Origin: Candidatus Pacearchaeota archaeon
Lineage (GTDB): Archaea > Nanobdellota > Nanobdellia > Pacearchaeales > GW2011-AR1
Assembly (NCBI GenBank): GCA_026002795.1
Contig: BPGA01000001.1
Location: 27,470 to 91,469, forward strand
DNA: 64,000 nucleotides
Direction of reading: 5' to 3'
Shown: one piece after another, positions 50,349 to 61,186 of the stretch
How positions within the stretch are numbered: position 1 is the stretch's first letter
Layout of the letters: each line of letters opens with the position of its first letter
The notes under the pieces: generated by a model
What the model was told of the DNA's origin: nothing
What the model saw: the letters and a program-made list of their open reading frames with translations, nothing else
Database searches by the model: none
Made by a program: the position numbers and the translations under genes

Positions 50349-51710
50349 TTATTTTGATTTTTTAGCTGTTATAACTCTAATATCATTTGCATGAGAGTTT
50401 GTGAAAATGAAAATTAAGTTATTGCTGTCTTCTAATAAAACATTAGTAATGTTGACACCAACTTGCGTTATGTATCTTCCGTTTTTAACTTTCATACCAG
50501 CTAAAATTTCGTAATCCTGCTCTTCTCCAAAGTTATAAACAACCTTTTCTTCTAAAGTTGCTGGATTTAACATATATATTTTTGTTGGGCTCACCCAATA
50601 TAAAATAGGATAGTCCCATAATGGACTACTTGTATAAAATAGGTTTCCTATTGAATCTACTGCTAAAGAGGTTGGCAAATTAACGCTATCTTTTAAAACC
50701 TCAACTTTTTTGTTTGTAACTTTGTAAATTACCTCTTTTAACATATCAGAAACATAAAAATCTATTCCTAAAACATTTTTTCCGTTTACAGAGTTTTCAA
50801 CAATTTTTATTCTTTCATCAGCTAAAAAACCTCTAGAAAAAAGTCTTAAATCTTCTGTTGTTTTAGGATGTATTTCCTTCTCTGTTGGTAGTTCAAATTC
50901 TTGTGTTATTGTTTTTGTTGTAAGATCTATAGAAATAACTCTTTTTGGTCTTGTTATTGAAAAGTGTGGTATGTAATTAACCATGCTATCTAATTTCGCC
51001 CTCGGAGCTTGAGCTGCATAAATTTTTCCATCTCTTGCAAAAATCATGTCTGTAATGCCAAATAATTCATTATTCTCCAGAAAAACGCTCGGACCATTCA
51101 AATCAATTTTAAAAAGTTTGTTTGAAGTATTGGCAGAGTAAAAAATACCTTTATTTGTGAATACAATATCTGAGATGTTGCCGATGGGTTGGAGAATACT
51201 ATCTTGTCTAAGGTTAAAAGTACCGGTGGTAAAATCTGAGAAATAAGTTGAGAGTGGGAATTCTAGAATTTTATTAAGTGTAGGATTATTTGAGAGAAGG
51301 TCAACTGAACCTTGGAAAGAGTGTACTGCTGGGTTCAAAAATCCTTCTATTCTATTGGTTTCTTTGGAATGTTTAAACAAAGGTCCTGTTGAAAAAAGTG
51401 CTGTGTAATTAATTTGAGAAGCGTTTGAAGAGTTGTTGGTAGTTGAGTAATTATAGTTAGATTGGCCCAAAGTGTTTAGATTGAGATAGCTAGCAAGATT
51501 TAAGTTTTCTGTGCCATAAGAAAGACCTCCTGGATTTTCGAGATTTCGTTGAATTATTCTTTCTTGGACATTTGTTATTGTATATCCTGGGTTAAAATCA
51601 GGTTTGTCAGGACCAAAAATAAAATTGCAGCCAAGAACAAGTGCTGTTAAACCAGTTGTTAATGGTTTTAATGCTCTTGAAAGCGTGTTTTTTGTGTGTG
51701 ATTTAAGCAT
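50349..51710 (-). CDS. putative lipoprotein with beta-propeller-like (NHL/SMP-30-like) repeats
   Basis: 453 aa with a lipobox-like LVLGC after a hydrophobic leader and repeated ...D..GN.FY... strands (SLAVDSIGNLFYTSS). Confidence 0.4.
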   Translation of the reverse strand: MLKSHTKNTLSRALKPLTTGLTALVLGCNFIFGPDKPDFNPGYTITNVQERIIQRNLENPGGLSYGTENLNLASYLNLNTLGQSNYNYSTTNNSSNASQINYTALFSTGPLFKHSKETNRIEGFLNPAVHSFQGSVDLLSNNPTLNKILEFPLSTYFSDFTTGTFNLRQDSILQPIGNISDIVFTNKGIFYSANTSNKLFKIDLNGPSVFLENNELFGITDMIFARDGKIYAAQAPRAKLDSMVNYIPHFSITRPKRVISIDLTTKTITQEFELPTEKEIHPKTTEDLRLFSRGFLADERIKIVENSVNGKNVLGIDFYVSDMLKEVIYKVTNKKVEVLKDSVNLPTSLAVDSIGNLFYTSSPLWDYPILYWVSPTKIYMLNPATLEEKVVYNFGEEQDYEILAGMKVKNGRYITQVGVNITNVLLEDSNNLIFIFTNSHANDIRVITAKKSK

Positions 51711-51909
51711 TTTAACTATAGATAAATTAGTTATGTGTAATATTTAAATTTAACTTTTAGGTGAGATGTTAAGTAAACGTTATCTAGTGTAAAGGTTAAG
51801 CAAAGGATTCTTCGGTTTAGTAAGCAACCACAACATATAATCTAGGTAAATTTGTATATAAGCTTGCTATAAAGTTTTAAAACAAGTTAGCTAACTTTAC
51901 ATCTTATTT

Positions 51910-53280
51910 TTAAGTAATTTGCAGATCCAAGCAAGCTCTATAGGTCCTGTATTTTTGTGTTGACTCGCAAGATGCTTGATTATTAATTGATCCACAGTTA
52001 GCTCCTGTGTCAATTACAAGAGAATCTCCAGTAAATTCTCCTGGATCACAGTTAGGAACAGAATATCCTGGATCATAACAAATAGAAAGTCCAGTATCCC
52101 ATAAACAATAATTTTGTAAGTTTTGCTTAACTTCTAAGTTAATTGTTGCTCTTTTGTTGTCTGTTCCGAATGTTCCACTTCTTATGTTGTTTCCTGATAT
52201 GATTGCGTTACCAGCTACCTCAAGTTTTTCTCCAGGATTCGTCGTGCCGATGCCGACGTAGCCGGTAGTCTTAATTACAAATTCTGGAGAGGTAAAACTG
52301 GAGTCTGTTGTTTTTCCTGTTCCAATAGCAAAGTCGCTGGTGCTATATACTGTACCAATTGACCAAGGGTAGTTTCCTGATCTAATTAGATTTATATATT
52401 GGCCGCTAGCTGCTGGTTTGGTTATTACAAGGTCACCATTATAACCATTGTCTGGACTAGAACTACTTGAAATAGTTACGCGTCCTCGAACATCCAACTT
52501 CTGGCTTGGCCCCGTCGTGCCTATGCCGACGTTGCCCATTATATATGAATTTCCTGTTCCGTCTATTTGCAGAACGCTAGAGGTTTTTACAACGTTAGCA
52601 GTGTCAAGCAACCTTGCCCAGCCCCCCCAGGAACCAGTAGTTTGACTATATCTGTGCCAAATATTTCCACTTGAACCAAATGCTAATTGATGAACTCCCC
52701 CACCACTCCAGTCTGTTCCAGAACTCCATTGTCTATAAGTTAGAAGCCCGCTGTAAGTTCCTTCACCAGAAAGTCCAATCACACTATTATATTTAAACTC
52801 AGGTACCACCCCCATATAATACTGCTCCGGATTATAGTTATTGTTTCTTGTATCAGAACTTCCAAGCACTCCCATTAATACATTTCCTGTTAAAGGAGGC
52901 GAACCTACTCTTAAATTCCCGCCTTGTACATCCAACTTTGCTCCCGGCCCCGTCGTCCCGATGCCGACGTTGCCGCTAACAAATAAATTTTGTCCACATG
53001 TATCGCAACCTATACGTACTCTACCAGAAGATGCTCCGAGTACTAAATCATTACTAGCGCCCCCCGAATTAGTTTCTGCATAAAGACCTACATAGTTCCA
53101 TGCAGTTCCGATTCTTAATCTACCTCTGCCGCTACCTACATCCTCATTTCCTTGAACGTGCATATTGTTTTCAACCCAGACATCAGTAGCATATATATTT
53201 GCACCAGCACCATTTACAGCAAGTTTTACTTGTGGATTCGTCGTCCCGATGCCGACGTTGCCGGCTTCTCGAATAACCAT
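51910..53280 (-). CDS. C-terminal segment of giant GNVGIGTT-module tail-fibre-like surface protein, Cys-rich end
   Basis: 456-aa frame with four module motifs. There is no signal peptide and no independent start context, and upstream sequence continues the same protein in other frames. The tail is Cys-rich (...CLWDTGLSICYDPGYSVPNCDPG...). Confidence 0.6.
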   Translation of the reverse strand: MVIREAGNVGIGTTNPQVKLAVNGAGANIYATDVWVENNMHVQGNEDVGSGRGRLRIGTAWNYVGLYAETNSGGASNDLVLGASSGRVRIGCDTCGQNLFVSGNVGIGTTGPGAKLDVQGGNLRVGSPPLTGNVLMGVLGSSDTRNNNYNPEQYYMGVVPEFKYNSVIGLSGEGTYSGLLTYRQWSSGTDWSGGGVHQLAFGSSGNIWHRYSQTTGSWGGWARLLDTANVVKTSSVLQIDGTGNSYIMGNVGIGTTGPSQKLDVRGRVTISSSSSPDNGYNGDLVITKPAASGQYINLIRSGNYPWSIGTVYSTSDFAIGTGKTTDSSFTSPEFVIKTTGYVGIGTTNPGEKLEVAGNAIISGNNIRSGTFGTDNKRATINLEVKQNLQNYCLWDTGLSICYDPGYSVPNCDPGEFTGDSLVIDTGANCGSINNQASCESTQKYRTYRACLDLQIT

Positions 53281-53663
53281 TGCCGGAGATGTATAACCTC
53301 ATGTTGGTCCATTATTTACCCTGAACATGTTACCGCCATTATCGCCTAAAGCTGATTTGTGGTTGCGTCATGACACATATCCGAAATTGTCAGTATCTGC
53401 AGAAAAACTGAAAGCAGGAGCAGCAGCTGTTCCATTAGCAGCCTGAATTACTCTTCCAGATGTTATTACTGTAGTACCTCCTATTTGTAAATTACCTGAG
53501 ACTAAATTTAATGAATCACCACTTGCTAAATCTAATGCTATTTGCAGCTCCTCTAAACAACTGGTACATCTGGATTAAAGTAAAGATTAGCTGTTGTATT
53601 TATTGAACCAATAACATCTAATGTTTGTTGTGGTGTTGTCGTCCCAATCCGACGTTGCCAGAG
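53281..53663 (-). pseudogene. frameshifted copy of the PQQTLDV...NLYFNPDV...ITSGR module linking two long frames
   Basis: Nucleotide-level homolog of 62330-62700 and 58200-58560, but with a 1-nt deletion inside the motif (gtcccaatccgacg) plus further indels and stops. Confidence 0.7.
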
Positions 53664-56213
53664 TTATCTAATACCAACACATTGCCCAACCCACTCGACC
53701 AGTAACAATAAGTCACCTCCTGTTCCTGCTCCATGAAGTGTCTCATTAGCAGAAATGATGTCCCAAGCCCTATCACCGCTTCTCTCTATTCTCAGTCTAC
53801 CGGCATTTCCATTTGAGTCGCCGAAGAGGTGGAATTGTACTCCTGGATTCGTCGTCCCGATGCCGACGTTGCCGTTTTCGTCGACAGCGACTGCTAAAAG
53901 ATTTCCTTGTGTATTAGTTAGCGCATTCTTTAAAGTTCCTGTAGCAACAAAAGATCCATCAATTAAAAATCCTCTAATTTCACAGTGGGGTTGGTTTGCT
54001 GTATCATCAAGCAAACATTCAACTGCTTTGTCTAAAGTTTCTGTGTTGTTTGCTCCTTCAAATATTGCTGCATATGGTCTTCTTGAACCGCTATTAGGTG
54101 ATAATTGTGCTTTGTATAATCCAAGTCTTCCAAATGCAGAATCTAAATTAGTAGTAACTGCGCTCTCCCATGCGTCATAAGATGTTAAAATTCCAATTTG
54201 GTCTTTTCTTAGGTTGTTTAATGCTGTTGCTAAATTATCTGACTGTGTGGAGTTTCCATAAGTATCATAAGTGTTGTCGGATACTATAGTGTGGTTTGCT
54301 TTCCATATAATCGTTAACCTAAGACCTCTTCCAGAAGTGTCATAAACTGTTGTATTGCCTATCTTTAAAACTCTGTTTGCATTATTGTTTAATCCAGTAC
54401 CTCTTATATAAATTGGAACTATTTTCGATATAACATTTGTTCCTAGTGAATTAATTTCACATGTTCCATCAGCATTACAAGCTAATGCATTGCTTGCTGT
54501 TCCGCTTAATGTTCCATAAATAGTTCCAGTAGCTCTAATATCTCCAGCAACATCCAATTTATAAGCCGGACTTGCTGTCCCGATGCCGACGTTGCCGCTA
54601 GTTATTCTCATTCTTTCAACATTGTTTGTGTATATAGCCAAATTACCATCAGATATCCACTGAAGTCCTGTATCGCTATCTCCAACGGCAAGAGATATTA
54701 CTGGCGAACCACCCAAACCACTTCCACCTCTTACAAAGAGATTATTGTTGATATTAACATTTCCAGCAACTTGCAATTTTTCAGAAGGTGCTGTCGTCCC
54801 GATGCCGACGTTGCCATTCCAATTTTTTATATAAATTGTTCCGTATTCGTTGTCATCTGGTGAGACTTCACGTATCTCAGGATAAGCAAACTGTACTTTA
54901 TCACCTGCAACACCTGAGTAACAATAACCAAAACGAATGATCGCGTAAGCTGCATTACTTGGCATCCTCCAATCAGTTCCTATGGTTTTACTGGATTGAA
55001 CATCCGAAATCCCATCCGCATTCGCATCAGTCACATATGAAGGATCAAGAAATCCATTCACTTTTCTCCAATCGCTTGAAGTAGTGGTAGTAGCCCAGAA
55101 ATAAGGATTGTCCCAGGCTCCTGTAATGCGATTATTGTTACTATCATAAACATAAAATCCAAGATACTTATAGCCAGATGTTCCAACTGTTTGCCTCATC
55201 CAAACACTGAATTCATATTTTTTATTTGGGTCTATTTTTACTCTTTTTTGATAATACGCCCATTGATAACAGCTTCCTGAATTTCCATTAGAGGTGCTTT
55301 CAAGAGCTTTAATCTGGGAACCATCAGTAAAAGTTGTTGTGACAGTAGTGACACTACCCCATGCATCAGAATCTCCCAAGTTAGTAGATGATTCTAGGAG
55401 GTTTGCACCGGCAATATTTTTAGCAGCTACACCTCCAGCAATTTCAAGTTTGACATTTGGCGCTGTCGTCCCGATGCCGACGTTGCCGAGGCTTGTTATT
55501 ACCATTCTATCGTTCCAACCATCAGTCCCCCTTGTCGTAAAGTACAAATCACCATAAGAATTTACGTGGTCTGTAATTTTGCCAGAAACATAACCTATAA
55601 TTCCATTTGCCCCAGCAAAAGCAAGGGATGCGAAATTTCCAGCTGTACTATTAGTGTTTCTTAATTCAAGCGAGTTGCCGGTGCCTCCTGTGCCAGTTGA
55701 TGTTTGCGGATTGATTATTACCAAACCTCTTGCAGAAGCACCACCGGTAGATATACTTGCTGCATAGCCTCCAGTATTTCCAGCTACTACCGTTAGCTTT
55801 TCTCCCGGCGCCGTCGTCCCGATGCCGACGTTGCCTGTTGTTGTCAAAACTAACCCTGTGCCGGTTTGCGGATTTAATCTGAAATTACCTGTATCGTCGA
55901 CTCCGGTCCAAAATTGACGCGATGTAGAATCATACCACTCAATATAATTCCACTTGCTTGTTGGAGAATCTGTCTGTCGCAATCTCAGTATGTTATCCGC
56001 TGTGGAAGATATTTCCAGCGGCGATCCGGGTCCCGTCGTCCCGATGCCGACGTTGCCGCCAAGATAGATATTTGTAGTCCCACCAGGGATTGCTATGAGA
56101 TCAACACCATTTCTGTTTGTTATATCAACATCGTAAGTCGTACCGTTACCAGCAATCACAAGACCAGAACCAGAATTGTAATACATCACTCCTCCACTAA
56201 AAGCCCCGGCCAA
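53664..56213 (-). CDS. central segment of the giant surface protein (jelly-roll CBM-like and ILEI/GG-lectin-like inserts)
   Basis: 849-aa frame with nine module motifs. It begins at a TTG inside continuing sense. It ends because of a 1-nt insertion at 53703 relative to the paralogous sequence at 63859-64000. Confidence 0.65.
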   Translation of the reverse strand: MAGAFSGGVMYYNSGSGLVIAGNGTTYDVDITNRNGVDLIAIPGGTTNIYLGGNVGIGTTGPGSPLEISSTADNILRLRQTDSPTSKWNYIEWYDSTSRQFWTGVDDTGNFRLNPQTGTGLVLTTTGNVGIGTTAPGEKLTVVAGNTGGYAASISTGGASARGLVIINPQTSTGTGGTGNSLELRNTNSTAGNFASLAFAGANGIIGYVSGKITDHVNSYGDLYFTTRGTDGWNDRMVITSLGNVGIGTTAPNVKLEIAGGVAAKNIAGANLLESSTNLGDSDAWGSVTTVTTTFTDGSQIKALESTSNGNSGSCYQWAYYQKRVKIDPNKKYEFSVWMRQTVGTSGYKYLGFYVYDSNNNRITGAWDNPYFWATTTTSSDWRKVNGFLDPSYVTDANADGISDVQSSKTIGTDWRMPSNAAYAIIRFGYCYSGVAGDKVQFAYPEIREVSPDDNEYGTIYIKNWNGNVGIGTTAPSEKLQVAGNVNINNNLFVRGGSGLGGSPVISLAVGDSDTGLQWISDGNLAIYTNNVERMRITSGNVGIGTASPAYKLDVAGDIRATGTIYGTLSGTASNALACNADGTCEINSLGTNVISKIVPIYIRGTGLNNNANRVLKIGNTTVYDTSGRGLRLTIIWKANHTIVSDNTYDTYGNSTQSDNLATALNNLRKDQIGILTSYDAWESAVTTNLDSAFGRLGLYKAQLSPNSGSRRPYAAIFEGANNTETLDKAVECLLDDTANQPHCEIRGFLIDGSFVATGTLKNALTNTQGNLLAVAVDENGNVGIGTTNPGVQFHLFGDSNGNAGRLRIERSGDRAWDIISANETLHGAGTGGDLLLLVEWVGQCVGIR

Positions 56214-56768
56214 CCTTGAGACGATGAAATTTTTAATCTTCCCGCAACTTCAAGTTTTTCATTCGGACTCGTCGTTCCAATGCCGACGTTGCCTGAAGTA
56301 TCTATAATCATTCGCGTATTTCCCGTTTGTCTAAATTCTATCGGTTCATTTGCATTATCTAAAGTTTCAATAATTAATTTAGATAAACCAGTTCCATCTC
56401 CTGTTGATTCAAAACGTATACTTCCAGCATCAGTATTTGCATCCCATCTTAATCCATAATTATTGTCTATATGTATGTTGCCCCCAGAAACATGTAATTT
56501 TCCCGCGGGTCCCGTCGTCCCGATGCCGACGTTGCCAGCGTTAGTAATTTGAAATGCGTTCCATCCTGCGCCACTTGTCCAGAAACCGACATTTGCGCCA
56601 TTCTGCCCGACAAACATAGTCTTACCATTATCTAACCATACACCACCGTCTCCACCAGCGTCACCTGTATGAATACGACCGGAAACTCGTAAATCAACAG
56701 TAGTGCCACCCCCGCCAACTACATTCAACTTTGCTCCAGGTGTCGTCGTGCCGATGCCGACGTCTGCC

Positions 56769-57280
56769 TGTATTGCTATTCACAAAAAGAGTATTTGTGT
56801 CAACTGTGAAATTCTGTCCAACAACAACATTATTATTAAATGTCTTATCTCCTGCAAAAATCTGCGTTCCTGTAGAAACAACTCCTGATTGTGTTGAAGA
56901 AGCATCTCTTATTGTAACATTACTTGCGCTTGTAATTCTTCCTTGAGCATCAACTGTGAATCTTCCCACTACAATATCTCCGCCATAAGTTCCTGCTGTT
57001 ACTCCTGTGTTTGAAAGAGAGAAGGTTACATTTCCGCTGCCAACAAGTCTATCTGTCAGTGTTCCTGAAATTGACATGCCTGTTCCTTGGACAATAGATC
57101 CTTTAACAAAACCAGCGCTTGTGTTAACTTCCTGAAGCTGACTTAATGTTACAGCATCTTGTGCAGATGTTCCATTTGCAAGATTAATGATTTTGTTGTT
57201 GTCCATGTTTATTGTTCCGTTGAAAACAGCAGAACCATTTACATGGAGTTTTTGTTGTGGTGTTGTTGTTCCAATGCCGA
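56769..57280 (-). repeat. 512-bp direct repeat, copy A
   Basis: Colinear without indels with 57673-58184 (offset 904 bp) and about 95 percent identical by eye. Its 57148-57270 part is near-identical to 62190-62312. Confidence 0.85.
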
Positions 57281-57672
57281 CATAGTTTGTGTTGGTAATT
57301 GTCAAGAATCGTTACTCTTGACTTGTTCCTCCTCGCTGGAGCAATACGACCAATATCAAAGAGATCGTTGATAGAATCAAGCGTCAAAACCCAGGATGGA
57401 CCATTTATGTCTCGCCTGCGTCGGTACTTGATGAGATGCACTAAAACTAGTTTCAAGTTTGCCCCTAAGGCCACATTCTCGTCTTTCCCCAGCTGCAAGC
57501 AATATGTCAGTACCGATTCGTCGTTGAAAGCCGATTAGTAGCCGAGGAGTATTGGAATCTAATTCGTCCGCCATCGTAGCTCCGTTGCACCTGAAGCGGT
57601 GGCTCCCCCAATGCACCCGCTTGAATATCGAGTTTTGCCTGCCGGTGTTGTCGTCCCGATGCCGACTCTATC

Positions 57673-58184
57673 TGTATTGCTGTTCACAAAAAGCGTATTT
57701 GTGTCAACTGTGAAATTCTGTCCAACAACAACACTATTATTAAATGTCTTAGCTCCTGCAAAAGTCTGCGTTCCTGTAGAAACAACTCCTGATTGTGTTG
57801 CAGAAGCATCTCTTATTGTAACATTACTTGCGCTTGTAATTCTTCCTTGATTATCAACTGTGAATCTTCCCACTACAATATCTCCGCCATAAGTTCCTGC
57901 TGTTACTCCTGTGTTTGAAAGAGAGAAAGTTACATTTCCGCTGCCAACAAGTCTATCTGTCAGTGTTCCTGAAATTGACATGCCTGTTCCTTGGACAATA
58001 GATCCTTTAACAAAACCAGCGCTTGTGTTAACTTCCTGAAGCTGACTTAATGTTACAGCATCCTGAGGGTTTGTTGCATTAGCAAGGTTGATGATTTTGT
58101 TATTGTCCATGTTTATTGTTCCGTTGAAAACAGCAGAACCATTTACATGGAGTTTTTGTTGTGGTGTTGTTGTTCCAATGCCGA
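57673..58184 (-). repeat. 512-bp direct repeat, copy B
   Basis: See copy A. It encodes the same DNNKIINLAN...VTLSQLQEVNTSAGFVKG...FTVDTNTLFVNSNT module. Confidence 0.85.
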
Positions 58185-58675
58185 CGTTGCCGCCTGCATC
58201 TATTCTAAACCTTTCACATACCTGCTGTTGAACAATGCAAGCTGGTTTGTTGTTGGCAAAAACATTCCGTTGTCAGTATCTGCAGAAAAACTGAAAGCAG
58301 GAGCAGTCGCTGTCTCCATTAGCAGCCTGAATTCATTCTTCCAGATGTTATTACTGTAGTACCTCCTATTTGTAAATTACCTGAAACTAAATTTAATGAA
58401 TCACCAGTTGCTAAATCTAATCTATTTGCAGCTCCTCTAAACAACTGTACATCTGGATTAAAGTAAAGATTAGCTGTTGTATTTATTGAACCTACAACAT
58501 CTAATGTTTGTTGTGGTGTTGCTGTTCCAATGCCGACTCTGCCTGAAGTATCATTAACAAACAAATCATTAGTAACATTAAGACTTAGTCCTCCTGTTCC
58601 GCTACCTTGTATTTCAAGTTTTGCACTCGGACTCGTCGTCCCGATGCCGACGTTGCCGGAAGTTGTTAATCGCAT

Positions 58676-59150
58676 AACCTCTGTTCCAATACTAGTGCTT
58701 GAGCCTATAGCAAACCTTAGATCGTAAGGAGAACCAGTGAAGCCCGCCCTCCAAACACCACTGGCTTCAGATCCTTGCGACCAAGTAAGCCATGCTTGGT
58801 CAGCATCTAAAGTTTTGTAATTTTGCTAGCAATAGATCTCGAACTACCTGCAGCTTCGCCCCCGGATTCGTCGTCCCGATGCCGACGTTGCCTGATGTTG
58901 TCATTCTTATTATCTTCAACTACCGTTTCCAAATGCTACACTGATTGTTTGACCACATACCTATTAATAACCTGTTCGCAACGTCATTCCCGTCCCTCCT
59001 GAGATCCTTGAATATTAGCTATCGATTATAAGCATATCTGGCTCTCCCATCCGAGTGAAGTTATTATACCAGCCATTAGCAACCACTAAGCATGTCTTGT
59101 CTGCTCCAGATCTATAGCAGTGATTCGTTCACTTATAATATTCTCAGAGT
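58676..59150 (-). pseudogene. decayed linker between the LamG-head ORF and downstream modules
   Basis: It still contains one intact motif (58870-58892) and a readable stretch, TLDADQAWLTWSQGSEASGVWRAGFTGSPYDLRF..., but 58900-59150 has stops in all minus-strand frames. Confidence 0.55.
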
Positions 59151-60791
59151 CTACCGATTCTCCTGAGGCAAGAGGTCGAATTGTACTCCTGGCCCCGTCG
59201 TCCCGATGCCGACGTTGCCGCCTGTAGTTATGTGAACTAAGTTGTTAATATGTGTATTAACTTGATTATCATTGTTGATATAGAGATCATTTCCTATAGC
59301 TTGGATTTCGTTAGCATCAAGATGAATACCAGCTGTGCCCCCAGAGTTTAAAATTTGCAATACTCCAGATCCTACACCTGTATTTACATCACTATCAGAC
59401 CTAAGCCTCACATCTCCGACTACTTCTAATTTTTCTGTTGGATTCGTCGTTCCAATGCCAACGTTGCCGTTAAATATAACATCCCTATTTGTTTTTAAGT
59501 TCATTGCTTGGAACCATTGAGATCCATTATAATAACTAAAAATTAGTTGATCAGGTTCGCCACTATATTGACTCCCTCTCTTTGTTATAACCCAAAAAGC
59601 ATTTGAACCGGATTCTCTAAATTCCATTTGAGGAGAGCTTGGACCTGTTGGAGAAGTGCCTTCTATTTTAATAATAGAGCTAACAACATGTAACTTCGCC
59701 CCCGGCGTCGTCGTCCCGATGCCGACGTTGCCGCTTGTTCCGTTGGCAAAGAAAAATACAGAATTGGTTGTATTCACAAGTCTAAATATATCTGAAGTAA
59801 TTGTGTTTTGTTGAATGCCTCTTAAATACTGGAGTTTTATTTCTTCTTCACTTAAAGCTCTATCATAAACTCTTACCTCATCAATTACTCCTGAAAATGG
59901 TCTAGGATCTGTTGTTATCCAAATTCCGATATTTAAATTTCCTGTTCCAAAATTTAAGTTGCCGCCAGAAAGTGTTCTAATTCCATCAAGAATTCCATTA
60001 AGATAAATCCTCATTTCAAATGTTGAATTGTCATAAGTTGCGGCAATATGATACCATCTGTTATTTGATAGTGTTGTGTTTGCAGAAAGTGTTTGTTGTG
60101 TTCCGTTGTTTATACTTAAAAATAATTTGTTGTTAAAAATTCTGAAGTAATTTGATGAAGGAGACTCTCTTCCAAAGATCATCTGATCATTTGAGACTGC
60201 TGTTGGGTATATCCAAGCTTCCCAGGTTAATGATTTTGCGTTGTTTAGTGCTTGAGATGTCGTTACACTGACATAGCTTCCGTTATTTGATGCTAGTCTT
60301 GTAAAGTTTAAAGCAATTCCCATTTTTCCTGATGTAAATGTTGGATTAATGCAAGAAGTTCCTACACAAGTAAGAGTACCGTCTGTGCCAAATGGACCTC
60401 TGTCATAAGTTAAGCTACCAGAACCTTCTGAAAAAGGTAGATAAAGCATTAAACCATCTGGAGTTGCATATCCTGGCTGGAATATTGTACTATTTGTTAT
60501 AATGGTGCCACTTACATTAAGTAAACCCTCAATATTTGTATTCCCAGAGGCATTAATATCCTTAACAAAAAGCGCTGTAATTCTATTGGTTAAACTTCCA
60601 AGAAAACCAAAAAAGCCGTAATTTGATGTTGAAACATTGCCTAGTACAGTAAGATTTCCTGTGTCTCCATGAATTCTTACAAGATCTGTTCCAGTTTGAT
60701 TCTGGAACCTATAATCTCCTGCTGAAACAAAGTTTATGCTAGTTGCAATTAATAAAATTATTAAAATTTCCGCTAAATAACCTCTTTTCAT
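59151..60791 (-). CDS. signal-peptide LamG/concanavalin-A-like lectin domain protein with GNVGIGTT modules (head of the giant gene)
   Basis: 546 aa with signal peptide MKRGYLAEILIILLIATSINFVSA. The LamG-like core is ...LTWEAWIYP...WYHIAATYD...MRIYLNG...VRVYDRALS. It carries three module motifs, and its start overlaps the HEPN stop. Confidence 0.75.
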   Translation of the reverse strand: MKRGYLAEILIILLIATSINFVSAGDYRFQNQTGTDLVRIHGDTGNLTVLGNVSTSNYGFFGFLGSLTNRITALFVKDINASGNTNIEGLLNVSGTIITNSTIFQPGYATPDGLMLYLPFSEGSGSLTYDRGPFGTDGTLTCVGTSCINPTFTSGKMGIALNFTRLASNNGSYVSVTTSQALNNAKSLTWEAWIYPTAVSNDQMIFGRESPSSNYFRIFNNKLFLSINNGTQQTLSANTTLSNNRWYHIAATYDNSTFEMRIYLNGILDGIRTLSGGNLNFGTGNLNIGIWITTDPRPFSGVIDEVRVYDRALSEEEIKLQYLRGIQQNTITSDIFRLVNTTNSVFFFANGTSGNVGIGTTTPGAKLHVVSSIIKIEGTSPTGPSSPQMEFRESGSNAFWVITKRGSQYSGEPDQLIFSYYNGSQWFQAMNLKTNRDVIFNGNVGIGTTNPTEKLEVVGDVRLRSDSDVNTGVGSGVLQILNSGGTAGIHLDANEIQAIGNDLYINNDNQVNTHINNLVHITTGGNVGIGTTGPGVQFDLLPQENR

Positions 60792-61186
60792 TTTAATTTT
60801 TTCTCGACAAATTTAATTAACATGTCTATGATTTTCTTAATGTCATTTTCGTTGTTTACCAAAAAATCCTCGGTAATTTTTTTGCCATAGTAGACAATAT
60901 CATTCCTAAACTTCCTTAGATTATCAATAAGTTTTGCATAAGAATCATCAATTTCATAATTCTCAACAAAATAATCTAATAATTTCACATGACTAAGTGT
61001 TTTATATCCATCAGAATACATAACTGCTGTCAATAATTCTTTAATTATTTCATAGTATTCTTCAATAAACTTGTAAGGCTTATCTCTTGGAAGAATTTTT
61101 ATGATTTCTAATCTATCCTTTGCCATTTTAAATAAGTCTTTAGCTCTTTCTTTATCTTTTGAAATTTTGAATATCTCTTTCATCAC
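60788..61186 (-). CDS. HEPN-domain protein, paralog of 16182-16601
   Basis: 132 aa with the motif LRKFRNDIVYYGKK, again with Tyr at the His position. It aligns along its length with the first HEPN protein. Confidence 0.7.
   Translation of the reverse strand: MMKEIFKISKDKERAKDLFKMAKDRLEIIKILPRDKPYKFIEEYYEIIKELLTAVMYSDGYKTLSHVKLLDYFVENYEIDDSYAKLIDNLRKFRNDIVYYGKKITEDFLVNNENDIKKIIDMLIKFVEKKLK

Larger units (their letters stand above)
56186..58675 (-). pseudogene. chain of frameshifted module fragments (ORFs 58319-58675, 57559-58110, 56694-57305 and 56186-56728 plus decayed linkers)
   Basis: Sense continues across frame changes, for example an extra base inside the motif at 56745-56768. The 57296-57650 region reads as one module only if about 3 frames are combined. 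Confidence 0.7.
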
